Of a stretch of DNA of 64,000 nucleotides, positions 13,440 to 26,918 are shown piece by piece. The notes under the pieces were generated by a model. The model worked only from the letters and a program-made list of their open reading frames with translations, was not told the DNA's origin and did no database searches. The stretch covers positions 57,660,001 through 57,724,000 of the forward strand of contig OX597828.1 of assembly GCA_951406725.2 (NCBI GenBank). Direction: 5' to 3'. How positions within the stretch are numbered: the stretch's first letter is position 1; each line of letters starts with the position of its first letter. A program made the position numbers and the translations under genes. Source of the DNA: Octopus vulgaris. Taxonomy: Eukaryota.

Positions 13440-13850
13440 AGAGCTCAATTTTACTCCTAACTTTTTAAATAATATTCAGTGACGTTGAGTTCGATGATCG
13501 GAGTTAATATTTCAAGTTCTTTATAAGAAGTGAGATAATGAGTTTAGTAGATTTTAAACTAATCACAATTCCAGAGTTTGATGTAGCATTGGAGGCTGTG
13601 ACTGTGATATGAACTACAAATGAAGCTGCATTTACGCATCGGGTGTCTTTCCAAGTTGCATTGTGAAGGAAAACCCGATACCTGCGATACACCATTTAGA
13701 ATATTGCGCGTTTTTATTACTGCCCTATACATAAGCTTAGTAACTTGAAAGGTTATTATCTTGATAAATGTTTGTGTTTTCGCTGAAGAAGCTGCTGAGT
13801 ATTTACGTTTAAGTGTTTCTCATGAGTGCGAAGAAGAGCATTGTTATTTT
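13440..13850 (+). mobile_element. Possible highly decayed Helitron helicase C-terminal fragment
   Basis: Weak colinear echoes of PEFLNSI (TPNFLNNI) and TINK..QSLKK..YL...SH. Confidence 0.3.
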
Positions 13851-13879
13851 TGAAGGTAGAATGATAGGTGCAAGAACCT

Positions 13880-15420
13880 TTTGCTATAGAAGTTATTAAT
13901 CATTTTCAAGCGTAGAGATGCGGCTGAACTATGTTGATAGGACGTATGGCTTGAGTTTAAAGAAGATTGCCTGGAATGACGTTGCACAGAATAAGCCGAT
14001 TTTTATAATTGATGGAATAATCAATAGTTGTAACTCATACTGTTTTCGTTATTTCATTGTTCTTTCAATATTTTTAGAATTCTCTTCAGTCTCAAGACCT
14101 TTAATGTTTGTCACTGCTCGTATGAGTAGTTAAAGCGGCTGACGTATGCAAAATTACGTGAGCATGTAGATGTTTTTCATAGTTATCTATCGGTAGGTCT
14201 GTTCATAAGGCCTTTTCATTGCCTGATGTTTTCCTAGTACATTTCTAGTGTCTCCAGGAAGAAAGGTTTTTTTTCGCCCATTTCAAGCCTAGCCAGGCTC
14301 ATGGGCCCGGTTTCCCGGTTTCTGTGGCGTATGTGCCCCCCCCCTCCCAGCTGGACGGGACGCCAGTCCATCGCAGCGTTACTCAAGAAACAGGGAGAAA
14401 GAGAGTGAGAGAATGTTGTGGCGAAAGAATACAACAGGGGTCGCCACCACCCCCTGCCGGAGTGTCATGGAGCTTTTAGATGTTTTCGCTCAATAAACAT
14501 ACACAACGCCCGGTCTGGGAATCGAAACCGCGAGTCCGCTGCCCTAACCCCTGGGCCATTGCGCCTCCACGGAAGAAAGGTAGATCGATAGAAATTAAAG
14601 AAGAAAGGAAGGCAACTGGTAAGTTGCTATCTTTTGAGCAGTGCTTCATAACTGGTTTTTAGAAAAGTGTTTGATAAAGATATTTATTTTGGATTATTGG
14701 TATTGCTACTTCACGTTGTTGTTCATTGACGTCAATGGAATTGTTTGACTTTCAAGCGAGATTCATGTTATTTATTTGTATAGTGTTTTAACGTCTGATT
14801 TCATAATTCATGTTAAACACAGTCGTACACAAGTTTCCTGCTGTTTCGTTGTCTTTGTCTTTGATATTTCCTTGTTATTTGTCTGATGAGGAACTTTTGT
14901 TCCTTCATGTGTATGGTTTTTTTTCCATCTAGTTAGCAGTCCATTTATATAAAGTGTGTTGTATTTGGCGGTTGTCTTCGGATGCTATCATATTTGTTTA
15001 GTTTGGTGTATATATTTTCTTGCTGTTTTTTTTTAGATCTGGGTAAACTGTGAATGAACAGATATTTGATCAAAGAGATTCCATGCTGTTCTACCATTTT
15101 TCACCCATGGTATATTTTAGGATAATAATATTCAGTTGTCCCAAGGCAATGGGGCGCGATTTGATAATATTCAGTATTTCTAACAGAATAAGCTGTCCTG
15201 ACCTGCATCATCTTATATGCTCCACTAAAAAATGGTAAAGCTGAGGGTGATTTGGGTGATCTTTCTATCATATCGATCGACTATGTACACGCTCCTGAGC
15301 TTGCTTGTATCTTAGCTGGGGAAAGTATAGTTGTTAAATTCTATAAATTTGTATTTCTTGTTTCTTCGTGAAAGACACTTAATAGAATTCTTTATATAAA
15401 AATCAAGTTTGTTTGATAAT
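13880..15420 (-). mobile_element. Highly decayed Penelope-like RT remnant, interrupted by SINE
   Basis: Minus-strand echoes of YRKPT.....HP ('RPTDR', 'LLIRAVTN'); weak. Confidence 0.35.
14272..14570 (-). mobile_element. SINE family B2
   Basis: B head GGAGGCGCAATGGCCCAG plus tail CGATGGACTGGCGTCCCGTCCAG...GAAACCGGGAAACCGGGCCCATGAGCCTGGCTAGGC. Confidence 0.88.
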
Positions 15421-16202
15421 ATGTGAATATGTTGAGATAACTATGGCGCTAAAGTCAGAAAAAATAGGACAGTTTTCTTAATTTATTTTGTGTTGGTTTT
15501 GAAACGGAAGGGTGCGATATGAGAGAAATTTGATTGTTATCTCTAGCAAGTTCAGCTACCACTTACAAGCGACAACAAGTGTTATATTTTTCTTAATTTG
15601 TATAAAAGAATATTTATTTGTTGTTGTATCGTTTCTGTTTAGGAATGTCGTTAATTGCATTTATATACGTGACACACGCTTTTGTTACGCTGTAGTCGTA
15701 GTATATGAAATCCTGCCATTTCTATGTTTTATTGAGTTTTATTGAGTTTGTAATGTTTGTCCTTAGCATTTCTGTCGTTCGCATTGTTTGTTATGTACAA
15801 CGATTTTGCCTTCGAATTTATTTTTCTACTTGAGTTTTTGTTTATGGTTAGTTCCAATTTAACCGTTATTAAACAAATCTCTGGTTAAAGGCACTCCTGC
15901 ATTGACCATCAGGATTTTCTAAAACATAAAACAAGAAAAAGAACATTATTGAACATGTCAATGTTGAAGGCGTTAGAGAGTTCGATCGGATAGAGATTTG
16001 ACAGCTGTCTTTAGAGTGTTGAGCGACTGTAATATGACTTATCGTTCGTGCGAATTATCGCGAAGAAAGCCCTTATTGCGTACCAGGTTTCTACGATGAT
16101 AAAGTGTCTTGAGATCATATTGACAATGTTTTGATTTGTAATCTTACAAATGTTCCCTTTTACAATTATGTTTTAGTCAGTCTTCTATAAGTAGTAACTA
16201 AA

Positions 16203-16620
16203 GTGCGTCCCCAAAGTCCATCCCCTCCTCACCGTGGTGGGGACGCTGGTAACGGGTAGTGTCAGAGCTGTGCCATCGGGGACTTCGGTTCCTGGTAGGG
16301 TCACCCAAGGCAGATTGGTCTGACACCGAGTGGTATTAGGGCCACAACCCGGCAGACGGGGCACTGGTGAAAATCCTTGGAGTGTCTGTTTCGGCAACCG
16401 GCGGCTCCTCGGTCGTCCTGTCCCTGCATCTACGGACAATCTGCGGCAAATAGGATGTCTCCACATGCGGGATTGTTGGGGACCGCTTGAGAAATCCACA
16501 TATTCCCACGAAACTTCTTCCATGAATTCTTAATGGCGAACCTGCCATGGTTCGAGATGCCTCGAGGGTGGTAGAAGAAGCCGACTCAACCCGCCCAGAG
16601 TGAATGTCGCCACAAGTCCA
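16203..16620 (+). mobile_element. RTE-like LINE 5' leader (GC-rich, structured), orphan
   Basis: ACCGTGGTGGGG...GAGCTGTGCCATCGGGGAC...CCTGGTAGGGTCACCCAAGGCAGATTGGTC resembles the conserved 5' UTR of RTE/Expander-type elements. Confidence 0.6.
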
Positions 16621-16689
16621 AGTAAGTAGTAAAGTGCAGTTAAACTTGAATCAGTGGTCTATTTGTTATTGATTAATGTTAAACTTTTA

Positions 16690-16870
16690 TATATTGATTT
16701 CAAATTTTGGCACAAGGCCAACAATTTTGGGGAAAGGTAAGTCGATTAAATTGACCCCAGTTCTTATTTTATCGTCCTCGAAAGGATGAAAAGCAAAGTC
16801 GACATGGGTGGAATTTGAAATCACGGTGTAAAGTGTATTTTGCTCGACGTGGATTCTGCAAGCTCGCCTC
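16690..16870 (-). mobile_element. SINE family C (Deu/Nin-domain-like)
   Basis: Minus strand GTCGACTTTGCTTTTCATCCTTTCGAGGACGATAAAATAAG...GGCCTTGTGCCAAAATTTGAAA. Confidence 0.8.
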
Positions 16871-17079
16871 TTTTTGATCTTTATATATTGAATAGGCATT
16901 GAAAGTGCTTTGTATTTTGTTGAAAATTAATTTTGGGCTTATTTTTGTTTTCATCAAATATATCCTTAATCTTATGTTAACAGACTAAACTTTCCATTTT
17001 TATTTTCTTTGTTAAAAGCGTGAAGTTCGTAGACGACGTTGAATAGCTTCATATTTTTCATTTTGTCAGTGCAATGAAG

Positions 17080-18240
17080 AGCTGATCAAGAAATACAGAG
17101 GTGAAGAAGGAGGGGTCAAATATAAAACTGACCCCACCAGAGGAGGAAAAGGTGAAAATGGAAAAAAAGGCGGTAGTATTCAGAACATTTTGAAACAAAA
17201 CAGAATTGAAAACGCGCCACAGAAAGAAATAGAAGAAATTTTGGAAAGACACATAAGAGACAGCATAGCGTTCCTTGCGAGAGTAAAGAAATATGTGTCT
17301 GTAATGGTAACCTTTGTATCAGAGGAGCAGGCGGGAAAATTCTCCGATAGGTTGGTATAGGGAGAAGTACAAAAAAGAAGTACAAGGATAAAAAGATCGA
17401 TGTTGCATCAAGAGAACAGACTGAAAGATGCTTGGGGCCCATCAAGCCGGAGGTTAAATACCAAGGGCAACAAGTTTGCGTTGGCCCAGGTGAGATTTCA
17501 TTCAAAGGGAAAATCTAAGCAGCACTCGGTGACAGCCCTGAGATCACAGGAAGTGCTGCTTTTGCTGACTTACCTTGGAAGGCGTGTAGCCAAGGTGTGA
17601 GTGGAGGAGGTCCTGCCGGAGGTAAATGTGGTCTGGCTGGTAGCTACAATGACTCTTGGCGTGGAGGAGAGAATTTCAATCCTCCAAACAACTAGCCTAC
17701 ATGCGCAGAACTGGCTGGGGCAGGGGCTCGATGTGATAGTTCAGGCTGCCCCAAAAGATTTAGAGATTATGGCTGACACCATTCTGGTAAGCGGGAAAAG
17801 ACTGAGGATCGTGGTGAAGGGCAGGAGGCCTCGTTGTTTTAAGCGCAGCCAAAAGGTCTACACAAGGGCTAAGTGCACTCCACTCACTAAGAAAGTTAAG
17901 GAGACCATAACGAAGGAGAGCGCGCAGTCACCCGCAAAGCGAATAACAAAATGCTATGAGGAGCCGTGTAGGCAGGTTGAAAATGACAAGGAATGGACAG
18001 TGGTAGCAAGGAAGAGTAGGAACAAAAGAAGAAAGATCAATTATAGCGATGAATAACCCCATCCCACCCCACCTACTACCTCTTTTCCCCTCTCTATTCC
18101 CGCAAACACTCCCCACCCTACCCCTCCAAACATCGACCCCAATGCTAACCCTACAGTAACACGAACCACAAACATGCATCCATGCATCCTGGAGCCAAAT
18201 TCTCCCCAGTCCCCTCTCTCGTCGTCGTAACGACTGCGTG
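17080..18240 (+). mobile_element. L1/Tx1-like LINE ORF1 (gag-like) remnant
   Basis: ORF 17601-18056 has degenerate CCHC knuckle 'GRRPRCFKRSQKVYTRAKC' and 'EWTVVARKSRNK'; Tx1-like ORF2 pieces occur elsewhere in window. Confidence 0.65.
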
Positions 18241-18256
18241 CTCCTATACATATATA

Positions 18257-19615
18257 TCATCATCATCATTGTTCGACCGTGGTCGAGACAATGGAATTTA
18301 CCATGCTACGCCAGACTTCACGGTCCGTCATGGCATTACGGGGGTCCTGTTGCTGGATGCCTGTATCCCTGGAGATTACATCAGGGTAGGAGAGTGTGCG
18401 CCCTCTGGTATTGCGAGTAGATGGCTTCCAGAGGAGAAGAGTAGAAATTACTTCTTTTTCAGCTCTACAACAATGTCCAGCAAACTGGACTCTCCTACTT
18501 TTCACAAGAGATGACACAGGTGGTAGTTTCCCATATATTTGCATTTTGGTTGGATGGCGCTTCCACGAGAGATTTTGAGTTCTCATAAGGAGGCGAGTGT
18601 AGGTTCCATCCAACCGCCTCTCAAGCTTCTTTGATAACGTCCAGGTTTCTGAGCCATATAGTAGAATTGGTTCGACTGTGGCTTTGAAGATTTCAAGTTT
18701 GAAGTCTCTACTTAGATTTGATGACCAGACCATACCCTTTCTAGTTAGAAAGTATTTTCCAGATGATGATATGTATGACCCAAGATATTTATAATCAGAA
18801 ACCATATTTAAAGGTGCACTGTTGAGAGTGTGGATGATGCAATCACTGTTGGACAGGCACTTGTTTATGTATTCAGTTTTGGCCTCATTGAGGTAAAGAC
18901 CTACACAATTTGAGCCTTGTTCAAGAGATTGTAAAAGAGACTGGGCATTGGAGAGAGAATCACTGATAAGAGCGATGTCGTCAGCAAAGTCAGTGTCTGT
19001 CAAGTACTCAGCTGGGTGTCTGAAACTTCTTCTTGGTTTTATTTCAAAGCCCTTGCCAGAGATGGTATCAACTGACATACGTAGCACATAGTCAACGGCA
19101 ATGATGAAAAGAAATGGGGCAAGTGTGTCTCCCTGCAGTATTCCGGCTTTGATTGAGAAAGATGATGTTTCTCCATCAGGGGTTAAGATGGTTGAAGACG
19201 TATCTGTGTAGAGGACCTTGATGGCAGAGATGATTTTGTCTGGTATCCCATAGAGCTTAAGGATTTCAAACATATTGTACCTATCTACAGAATCGAACGC
19301 TTTAGAAAAGTCTACAAATACCATTGCAAGATCGCGATTAAATGCTTTTGATTCTTCAATAAGTCTGCGTAGGCATAGTATCTGGCTCAGCGTTGAGCGC
19401 CCATGTCTGAATCCATTTTGGTTCTTTCGGAGCAAAGGTTCAACAAAAAGGACAAGACGATTTAGGATCAGTTTGTTGTACAGTTTTGCAGCAATTGACA
19501 TTAGAGATATACCCCTGTAGTTAGTGACGAGGTATAAATCGCCTTTTTTGGGTATTGAAATGATTTGAGATTGGTGCCAAATCTTTTGCTCGCACTTTCC
19601 ACCTTTGTCACTTTC

Positions 19616-19616
<1 letters not shown>
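18257..19616 (-). mobile_element. 5'-truncated RTE-clade LINE, young copy
   Basis: Open RT frame, (TGA)n tail right after the stop, flanked by ACATATATAT on both sides (possible TSD). Confidence 0.93.

Positions 19617-19618
<2 letters not shown>
18266..19618 (-). CDS. Non-LTR retrotransposon reverse transcriptase (RTE clade), partial; lacks endonuclease and true start
   Basis: 450-aa open frame with PKKGDL, NYRGISL, QNGFR, FVDFSKAFDSV, GILQGDTLAPFLF, FADD, YKYLGS, LLYGSETW. Confidence 0.9.
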
Positions 19619-19660
<42 letters not shown>

Positions 19661-20619
19661 TTTATTGTGATTTAGTAATGGTGGTAGGAATACAAATCCA
19701 TCTGAGATAAATACAACCTAGCGGCGTATACTTGTGTTATATTCTAAATATAGACATTAATTTACTATGTTTTTGTATCTTGTGTCTGTAGTCCGTTCAA
19801 TTCCGGTTCGTTACATTAAAACTATGGCTTCGGTTGTGTTTGTCTCACCTACAAATGTCCGACGCTTCAATTCTGAAATTCAAATTCAGTTTATTCGTCT
19901 TTATTCATTTGTTTTGTTATTTATATTTTTAACTTATTTTGTTTTTGATTTTTTCTTTGCAGATATTTTTTAAGATTTCTCTCGTAATTATTTGACTTCA
20001 GAATATTTTTCTATATTAACATATAATCTTTTATTACATCTTATTTCTTCACCGGTCATTTACACAACATTCTACTTCAATTTTAAAATAAATATCCCTA
20101 ATAATTTCCTGCGTATAAATATCCCTAATAATTTCCTGCGTATTTTGTACACCATATCAAATTCATGGTCATTCATTTCGGATAAGTATAACGGAAGATT
20201 TATGATGAAGCACCGACTTGAAGGGCTTTAGTGGAACAAATCTACCCCAGGACTTGTCTTATAAGTTTAGTACTTATTCTATCACTGCTACAATCATGCA
20301 AAGCATTTCGCCTGCATTTCTAACAATTTCACAAATCGACCACTCACGATAGCTATCCTATTTTATTAGCGGGATTTGGTCTTAGAGGGAAAAGACTAAG
20401 CTCATTGCCTAAGTTATAATAATTCTGGAAATGCACTGCCTATACTGCACACACATACACGCAGACATATATATATATATCAATGCGTGCTTGTAAATAT
20501 GTGCAAACATATAAACATACATAGATAGATATGTTTCTATGCATTTAGGTATGTAGAAACGTAAATGTTCGCGTGTGTGTTTTTATGAGGGTTTGTAGGT
20601 TTACGTGTGTGTGCATCTG

Positions 20620-20727
<108 letters not shown>

Positions 20728-20849
20728 GAGAAATACATAAAGATACATAGATAAATTGATATATATATATATATATCATTTGATAGATAGGTGTGCGTAT
20801 AAGTGTATGGTTGATAATTGTATAAATAAAGACATTGTTATTCTGCGAT

Positions 20850-21480
20850 TCATGAGCAATTAAGCAAGACAGTAATTATTAAAATGAAATAGAGTAGAAT
20901 AAGATATATTTAAAGCAGCGTGAGAATTCTTGCTCAAGTTTAACAGTTCCGCTTCATGAAACCACTAACAATTTATATTGGTTGGATTATATTTGTAGCA
21001 GATAATCTATATCGGATGGATGGACTGGAAGAGAGCCACGCTAATCCGTATTGACAATGGTCAAGATTTATAATTAACATGATAATGAGAACTGTAAATT
21101 CCATTTTGGTGAACACAAAGGTTATTCTAAAATGAAATGTGCGTCAAGAATTAAGAGAGATATCCAATGAATTATGTACAACCATTTCTTGGGTCCAGAT
21201 ATGCTAATGTGAGAAAGGGATTTGTAGGAGCAAACTGTTCTGGGGAATAATTAAAATGATAATTAGTAGTATTCCAAACAAATGCAAGACAATATAATAA
21301 CGCTGGAGAAATTTTAGATGAAGCAATGAAAGAAGAAAACAGAATAATTAGAGACTATATTCTGAGGAAGGTCGCAAGATTTGAATGTATTCTGTTAGGT
21401 TAGATTTCGTTGGGATGGCAGCCAAGGGAATTAGATACTTAGAAAACAACATGGCTTGTGTAAAATTTGATAATTACTGA
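20850..21480 (+). mobile_element. Possible decayed Merlin/IS1595-like transposase
   Basis: Weak colinear echoes ('PLHETTNNLYW', 'FHFGEHK', 'ITLEKF', 'RIIRDY'). Confidence 0.3.
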
Positions 21481-21953
21481 GGTGAAAGTGATACAGGTAT
21501 GAGAGTGACACAGGTATGAATGTGATACTGTCACGTGCATTTACACAAACATATATATGAACAGACACGCGAAAGTATATGAATTCATTGGTGATAATAG
21601 GGACAAATATTATCCGTATAATCAAATTCAGAACACTCACTCGCACGCAAACGCGCGCGTGCACATACATGCATATATTTTAAGGAAGAATGTTATGGAT
21701 CGTGACTTCGAATTTTCCGCCAGTTATGCCATCATCGGAATGCCTGTTACACTTAGCACGCCACAAATGTAGATTAACGTAAAATTTTGTATATTATAAT
21801 TGAACATAACAACAAAAAATTAACACAAAGAGTATATAAAAACGTCGATACGTATGCACGTCCATATACACATACAATGAGTTGCACGTCTTTAACACTA
21901 TCCTGCATGCAGGGATCGGAAATGCATTATATATATATATATATACCATGCAC

Positions 21954-21998
<45 letters not shown>

Positions 21999-22907
21999 GA
22001 CACACACACATATATATATCTCAAATTGATGTGTTACAATACTATTCCACAGCCATGCCTCAATCCAACACATCTCCATCATCAGTTGCCCCACGGATAT
22101 CATTATATGTACCATTCAATCCAGCGGTGTCGAAAGCACTAAAATAAGTGTTGTTTGAGAACAAACAAACAAACAAACCAAGGAAACAACAACTTTCAAA
22201 CACATTTACCCAATGTACAGCCGGATCGATAAATAAATTCCATAAGTAAATTACCAACCTTCCAAAATATTTAACTAAACAATGACTACTTTATTAAGTC
22301 ATGAAAAATTATAATCCTTACCGTCTTCGAGCAGTGTAATATAAAAGTAAAGATTAATAACCTCATTATTTCAGTCAAGCAATATATAGGCAGGATTAAC
22401 CACTAACCTTACTAAAACTACAAGACATATTCAAACCAATGAACACTGTATCGGTATTAATAATAAACTTCAATAATTAAATTATTTGCTAAATTGAAAA
22501 GTTCATATAAATAATCCCACCGGTCTTCTATGATGAAAGTTCAGACCGTATAATTTTTTTCAAAAATAAAACACGTCTGAAATTAATTTAACTTATATTT
22601 TTATGAGTGAAATGCATTATTTCATCATTCAAAAGTTAATAAAAAAAACACTATATACTCAGTACTATATCACCACTACAAGTTATATAAATATTAAGTT
22701 ACCGGTGACTAATACATACTTAAATTTTATTAAATAGGAACTAATAAAAGTACTTGTAATAAACTAATATTATGAATCTTGTTATGACTACAGCAAATTA
22801 AACTACTTAAAAGACAATAAAACTGTTTAGAAAAACAAAAAACTACAAGTATTAATACATACATATTAAATCAGACACGCGGCCCACTCACCAAGAATTT
22901 AAAGAGC

Positions 22908-22990
<83 letters not shown>

Positions 22991-23029
22991 CGGGTGTGTG
23001 TAATTGTGTATAGAAGAATATATTAATAA

Positions 23030-24210
23030 AAGGAATTCCAACCTTGTCTGATTTTCACGTTTTATTTACAATCTTATAATGATATAATATAAGATAATAT
23101 AATATAATAGAATAAAATAAAATAGTAGAATGTTAAATGTTCATTCTGATTGAACTAGTACTTTCATGCATTAAATTCTGCAATCTTCAGGTTCATGTAG
23201 TAGTGGTGACAGTCATGCTTCACAATTTTTGACTGTAGCGAGATGGTTAAATCTGTGCCTTAAATACACCTGTGTGGGCTCCGGTTTGCTTGGTTTTGCA
23301 AACTGTATTCTGACCAATCAGTGTGTAGCATCACTCAATTACTTAAGCTGATTGGTTGGTTTAGGCGTCACGCTTTGTTGAACATGTCAAGAGACCTGTA
23401 TCTTAACCCTGGCCAAGGCAGCAATTGTTGGGCTATTTTTAGAAATGTTGTAAATAGCCTTTGTCAGGGATTTTTATATTTCAATTGTCATCATCATCAT
23501 TGTCAGCACCTTAATTATTGTTGCTAGTGGTGATGGTGGTGGCAATAGAACTTTTAACCCTAAATAAGATAATTTTCCTGCTATCTTCATCTTGATCACC
23601 TTTAGTATTGTTGTTGTTGTTAGTGGTCATGGTCGTAGCAGTAGAAGTAGTACCTCTAAGTATTATTATCATTGCTTATTTATCTTGGGTTCGAATTTAT
23701 CAATAAAATTCTTTTCTCTGATTTTCCTCTCGATTTCACTTGGGCTGTGTAATTTGTAGAATGGAAATATTATATATATTTTCCGACCACATGTTGCTAG
23801 GTGGTTACTCAAAGGTATCTTATATAACCTGTTGTCGGTGTACACGTGAGCGTTCTGATAGTGCATTTCCCGTCTGACCTACATATATTTTTTCACAATT
23901 TGGGCATTTGATGCAGTAAATTAAATTTCTGCTTTTGCAGTTCATATTCGCGTTTGTGAATATTTTCCCGGTTTTTGTGTTTATATATTGGCCGGTATGT
24001 ATGAATTGGCATGTGCCACATCGGCTATCATTGCATTTAGATACAGTGAATGTTTGGTCTTTGTTGCTAAGGTCAAATTTTGCCTTTGTTAGTAATTTTT
24101 TCAAGTTTTTAGGCTGTCTTTTACTAAGAACTATAGCTCGATCCGTGATTATATCTTTTAATTCATTACTTTGAGCAATGATTGGTAGGTTTGCTTTGGC
24201 AGTGTTGAAG
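23030..24210 (-). mobile_element. Penelope-like element 3' part: GIY-YIG endonuclease plus pLTR with hammerhead
   Basis: ORFs 23820-24104 and 23669-23866: 'KCNDSRCGTC...NCKSRNLIYCIKCPNCEKIYVGQTG...ERSRVHR...LSNHL...ERKIREKNFIDKFEPKIN'; one frameshift. Confidence 0.92.
23151..23195 (-). ncRNA. Minimal type-I hammerhead ribozyme, intact core
   Basis: UGAAC-CUGAAGA-u-UGCA(gaauuuaa)UGCA-u-GAAA-GUAC-UA-GUUCA: stem I UGAAC/GUUCA, palindromic stem III. Confidence 0.85.
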
Positions 24211-24212
24211 AT

Positions 24213-24268
<56 letters not shown>

Positions 24269-24271
<3 letters not shown>

Positions 24272-24548
24272 AGGCGCAATGACCCAGTGGTTAAGGCAGC
24301 GAACTCGCGGTCGTAGAATCGCGGTTTCGATCCCCAGATCCGGGCGTTGTGTGTGTTTATTGAGCGAAAACACCTAAAAGCTCCACGAAGCTCCCTGCTG
24401 TACTCTTTCGCCACAACTTTCTTCTGTTGGCCTGCTCGCTTCGCCAGCGGGGTGGCATCATTCGAAGGCTAAAAACAATGCGAACGCATTGTGACCAGCG
24501 ATGTGTAGCAGCATCTGATGATCTGGTCGGTCACGTGATCACGTGATA
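24269..24548 (+). mobile_element. SINE family B1, with internal deletion
   Basis: Same head and TCACGTGATCACGTGA tail as 2560 copy. Confidence 0.9.
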
Positions 24549-24632
24549 TATATATGTGTGTGTGTGTATACAATGTATATACATATATATTGTATGTATA
24601 TAATGTATATACATATACACACACACACACAC

Positions 24633-24663
<31 letters not shown>

Positions 24664-24667
24664 AATA

Positions 24668-24830
24668 TACGACGGGCCGCTTTAAGTTTCCAGCTAACAA
24701 ATGCATTCACCAGTCTTTGGTTGGCCTGATATGAAGAAGAAAGTAGTTACCCAAGGTACGACGCATTGGGACTGAATCCGGAACTGTTGTTTGGGCCGCA
24801 AATGCGCTACTACACAGCTACGCCTGCGCA
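24668..24830 (-). mobile_element. SINE family A, diverged 5' half
   Basis: Similar to 2277-2436. Confidence 0.7.
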
Positions 24831-25489
24831 CACCTAATCACTTGCACGCTAGTTATTCTCTTTAAATTTCTTCACTTCATTTATCTTCTATTTTAATATA
24901 TTGAATTCGTAGGACATAACTGGCATACACTTTTCTAATATCCTGCTTTGTTCATCTGGGTTCTATCTTACCATTTTGTACGGAGGATTCTGCTCCGGTT
25001 CATTTACTACAATGTACGGATCTAAAATTAGTTCTCTCAGTCTCAGTATGTTTGACATTTCCCGAAATAGCTTTTATATATTTGTCTACTCACATACACT
25101 TATACATCTTGACTGTATACCTAATCGATTTTTAAGAACTTCTCCAATTACGTATCACTACAGAGCAGTTCGTTTTTAATTTGTTCGAAGCAATTATATC
25201 TATTCCTGTACTTTCAACTGATTTATTAATAAGGTCACAGCAAGACAAAAAGAACTCTCAAAGATAACATTTCGTATGGGCACAGCGATGGTATTAATCA
25301 TGCCTTCTGGCGTTGTTCTGATATAGTTGTGTTTTTCATTTTGTCCTGGCATAAGTGATGCACTGTATTAATACCGGAATTGCTATGTTCAATTTTGTGG
25401 TATTTTAGAAATCAATCCATGACAAGCTAACTTTTGTTTTCTTCTTCTTTTATTCTATAAAAGCATCCGGTTAATTGTCGTTATTGTTA

Positions 25490-25562
<73 letters not shown>

Positions 25563-25564
<2 letters not shown>

Positions 25565-25936
25565 TGTAGTTTTATTTTTATAACGTGCTTTCACTTCACT
25601 ACCGAGCGCAGCTCTGTGTTCCTTGGGTATGTGCTGTGGTTTGCTGTGATGCTCTTATGGTTACTGTAGTGAAAGTGTTTTGTGTAGGATGTGTGCAGTG
25701 CCCAGTAGTGCAATTTTCCATATGTTATATATATTTGTAAGTCGTGGTGTTTTTTTTATGTGTTTGTCTGAATATTTTTTTATCATAGCTAATGCGCCTA
25801 CTATGATAGGAATTGCATCTGTTTTTAGATTCCACATTCGAGTTATCTCTAATTCCAGGTCTTTGTATTTTGAAAGTTTCTCCATTTCTTTCAGAGAAAT
25901 GTTGTCATCTGCTTGTATTGATACATCAATCAGAAA

Positions 25937-25937
<1 letters not shown>
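25563..25937 (-). mobile_element. R4/Dong-like non-LTR element 3' end (restriction-like endonuclease C-terminus plus UTR) embedded in (TAA)n
   Basis: 'LIDVSIQADDNISLKEMEKLSKYKDLELEITRMWNLKTDAIPIIVGAL...KIALLGTAHIL'; (TTA)n arrays on both sides. Confidence 0.88.
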
Positions 25938-25974
<37 letters not shown>

Positions 25975-25975
25975 G

Positions 25976-26059
<84 letters not shown>

Positions 26060-26162
26060 ATTGTTCTTATTATTATTGTGGTTACTATTGTTTTTTGTTG
26101 CTGTAGTTGGTGTTGATGTTGTTGCTGCTTATGGTGATGAATTTGTTGTTGTTGTTGTTGTT

Positions 26163-26363
26163 GGAAACCTTAGCTCGCTGGGCAAAATGCTTTGTGGCAT
26201 TTCGTCTGCCTTCACTCTCTAAGTTCAAATTCCACCAAGGCTGTTTTTTGCCTTTCATCCTTTCGGGGTTGAAAAATTAAGTACCAGTGAAACACTGGAG
26301 TCGGTGTAATCCACTATACCCCTCCCCCCAAAATCTCAGGTCGTGTACGTATAGCAGAGAGGA

Positions 26364-26364
<1 letters not shown>
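26163..26364 (+). mobile_element. SINE family C (Deu/Nin-domain-like)
   Basis: GTTCAAATTCC B-box-like, GCCTTTCATCCTTTCGGGGTTGAAAAATTAAGTACCAG. Confidence 0.82.
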
Positions 26365-26832
<468 letters not shown>

Positions 26833-26918
26833 TGTTGTTACTAGTATTGCTGTTGCTGTAATTGGTGTTGATGTTGTCGTTGTTTATTGTGATGATTTTT
26901 GTTCTTGTTATTGTTAGT

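Noticed and set aside
14883-14910. CTGATGA-GGAAC-TTTT-GTTCC hammerhead-like start
   Set aside because: Followed by TTCA rather than GAAA; no stem I or III
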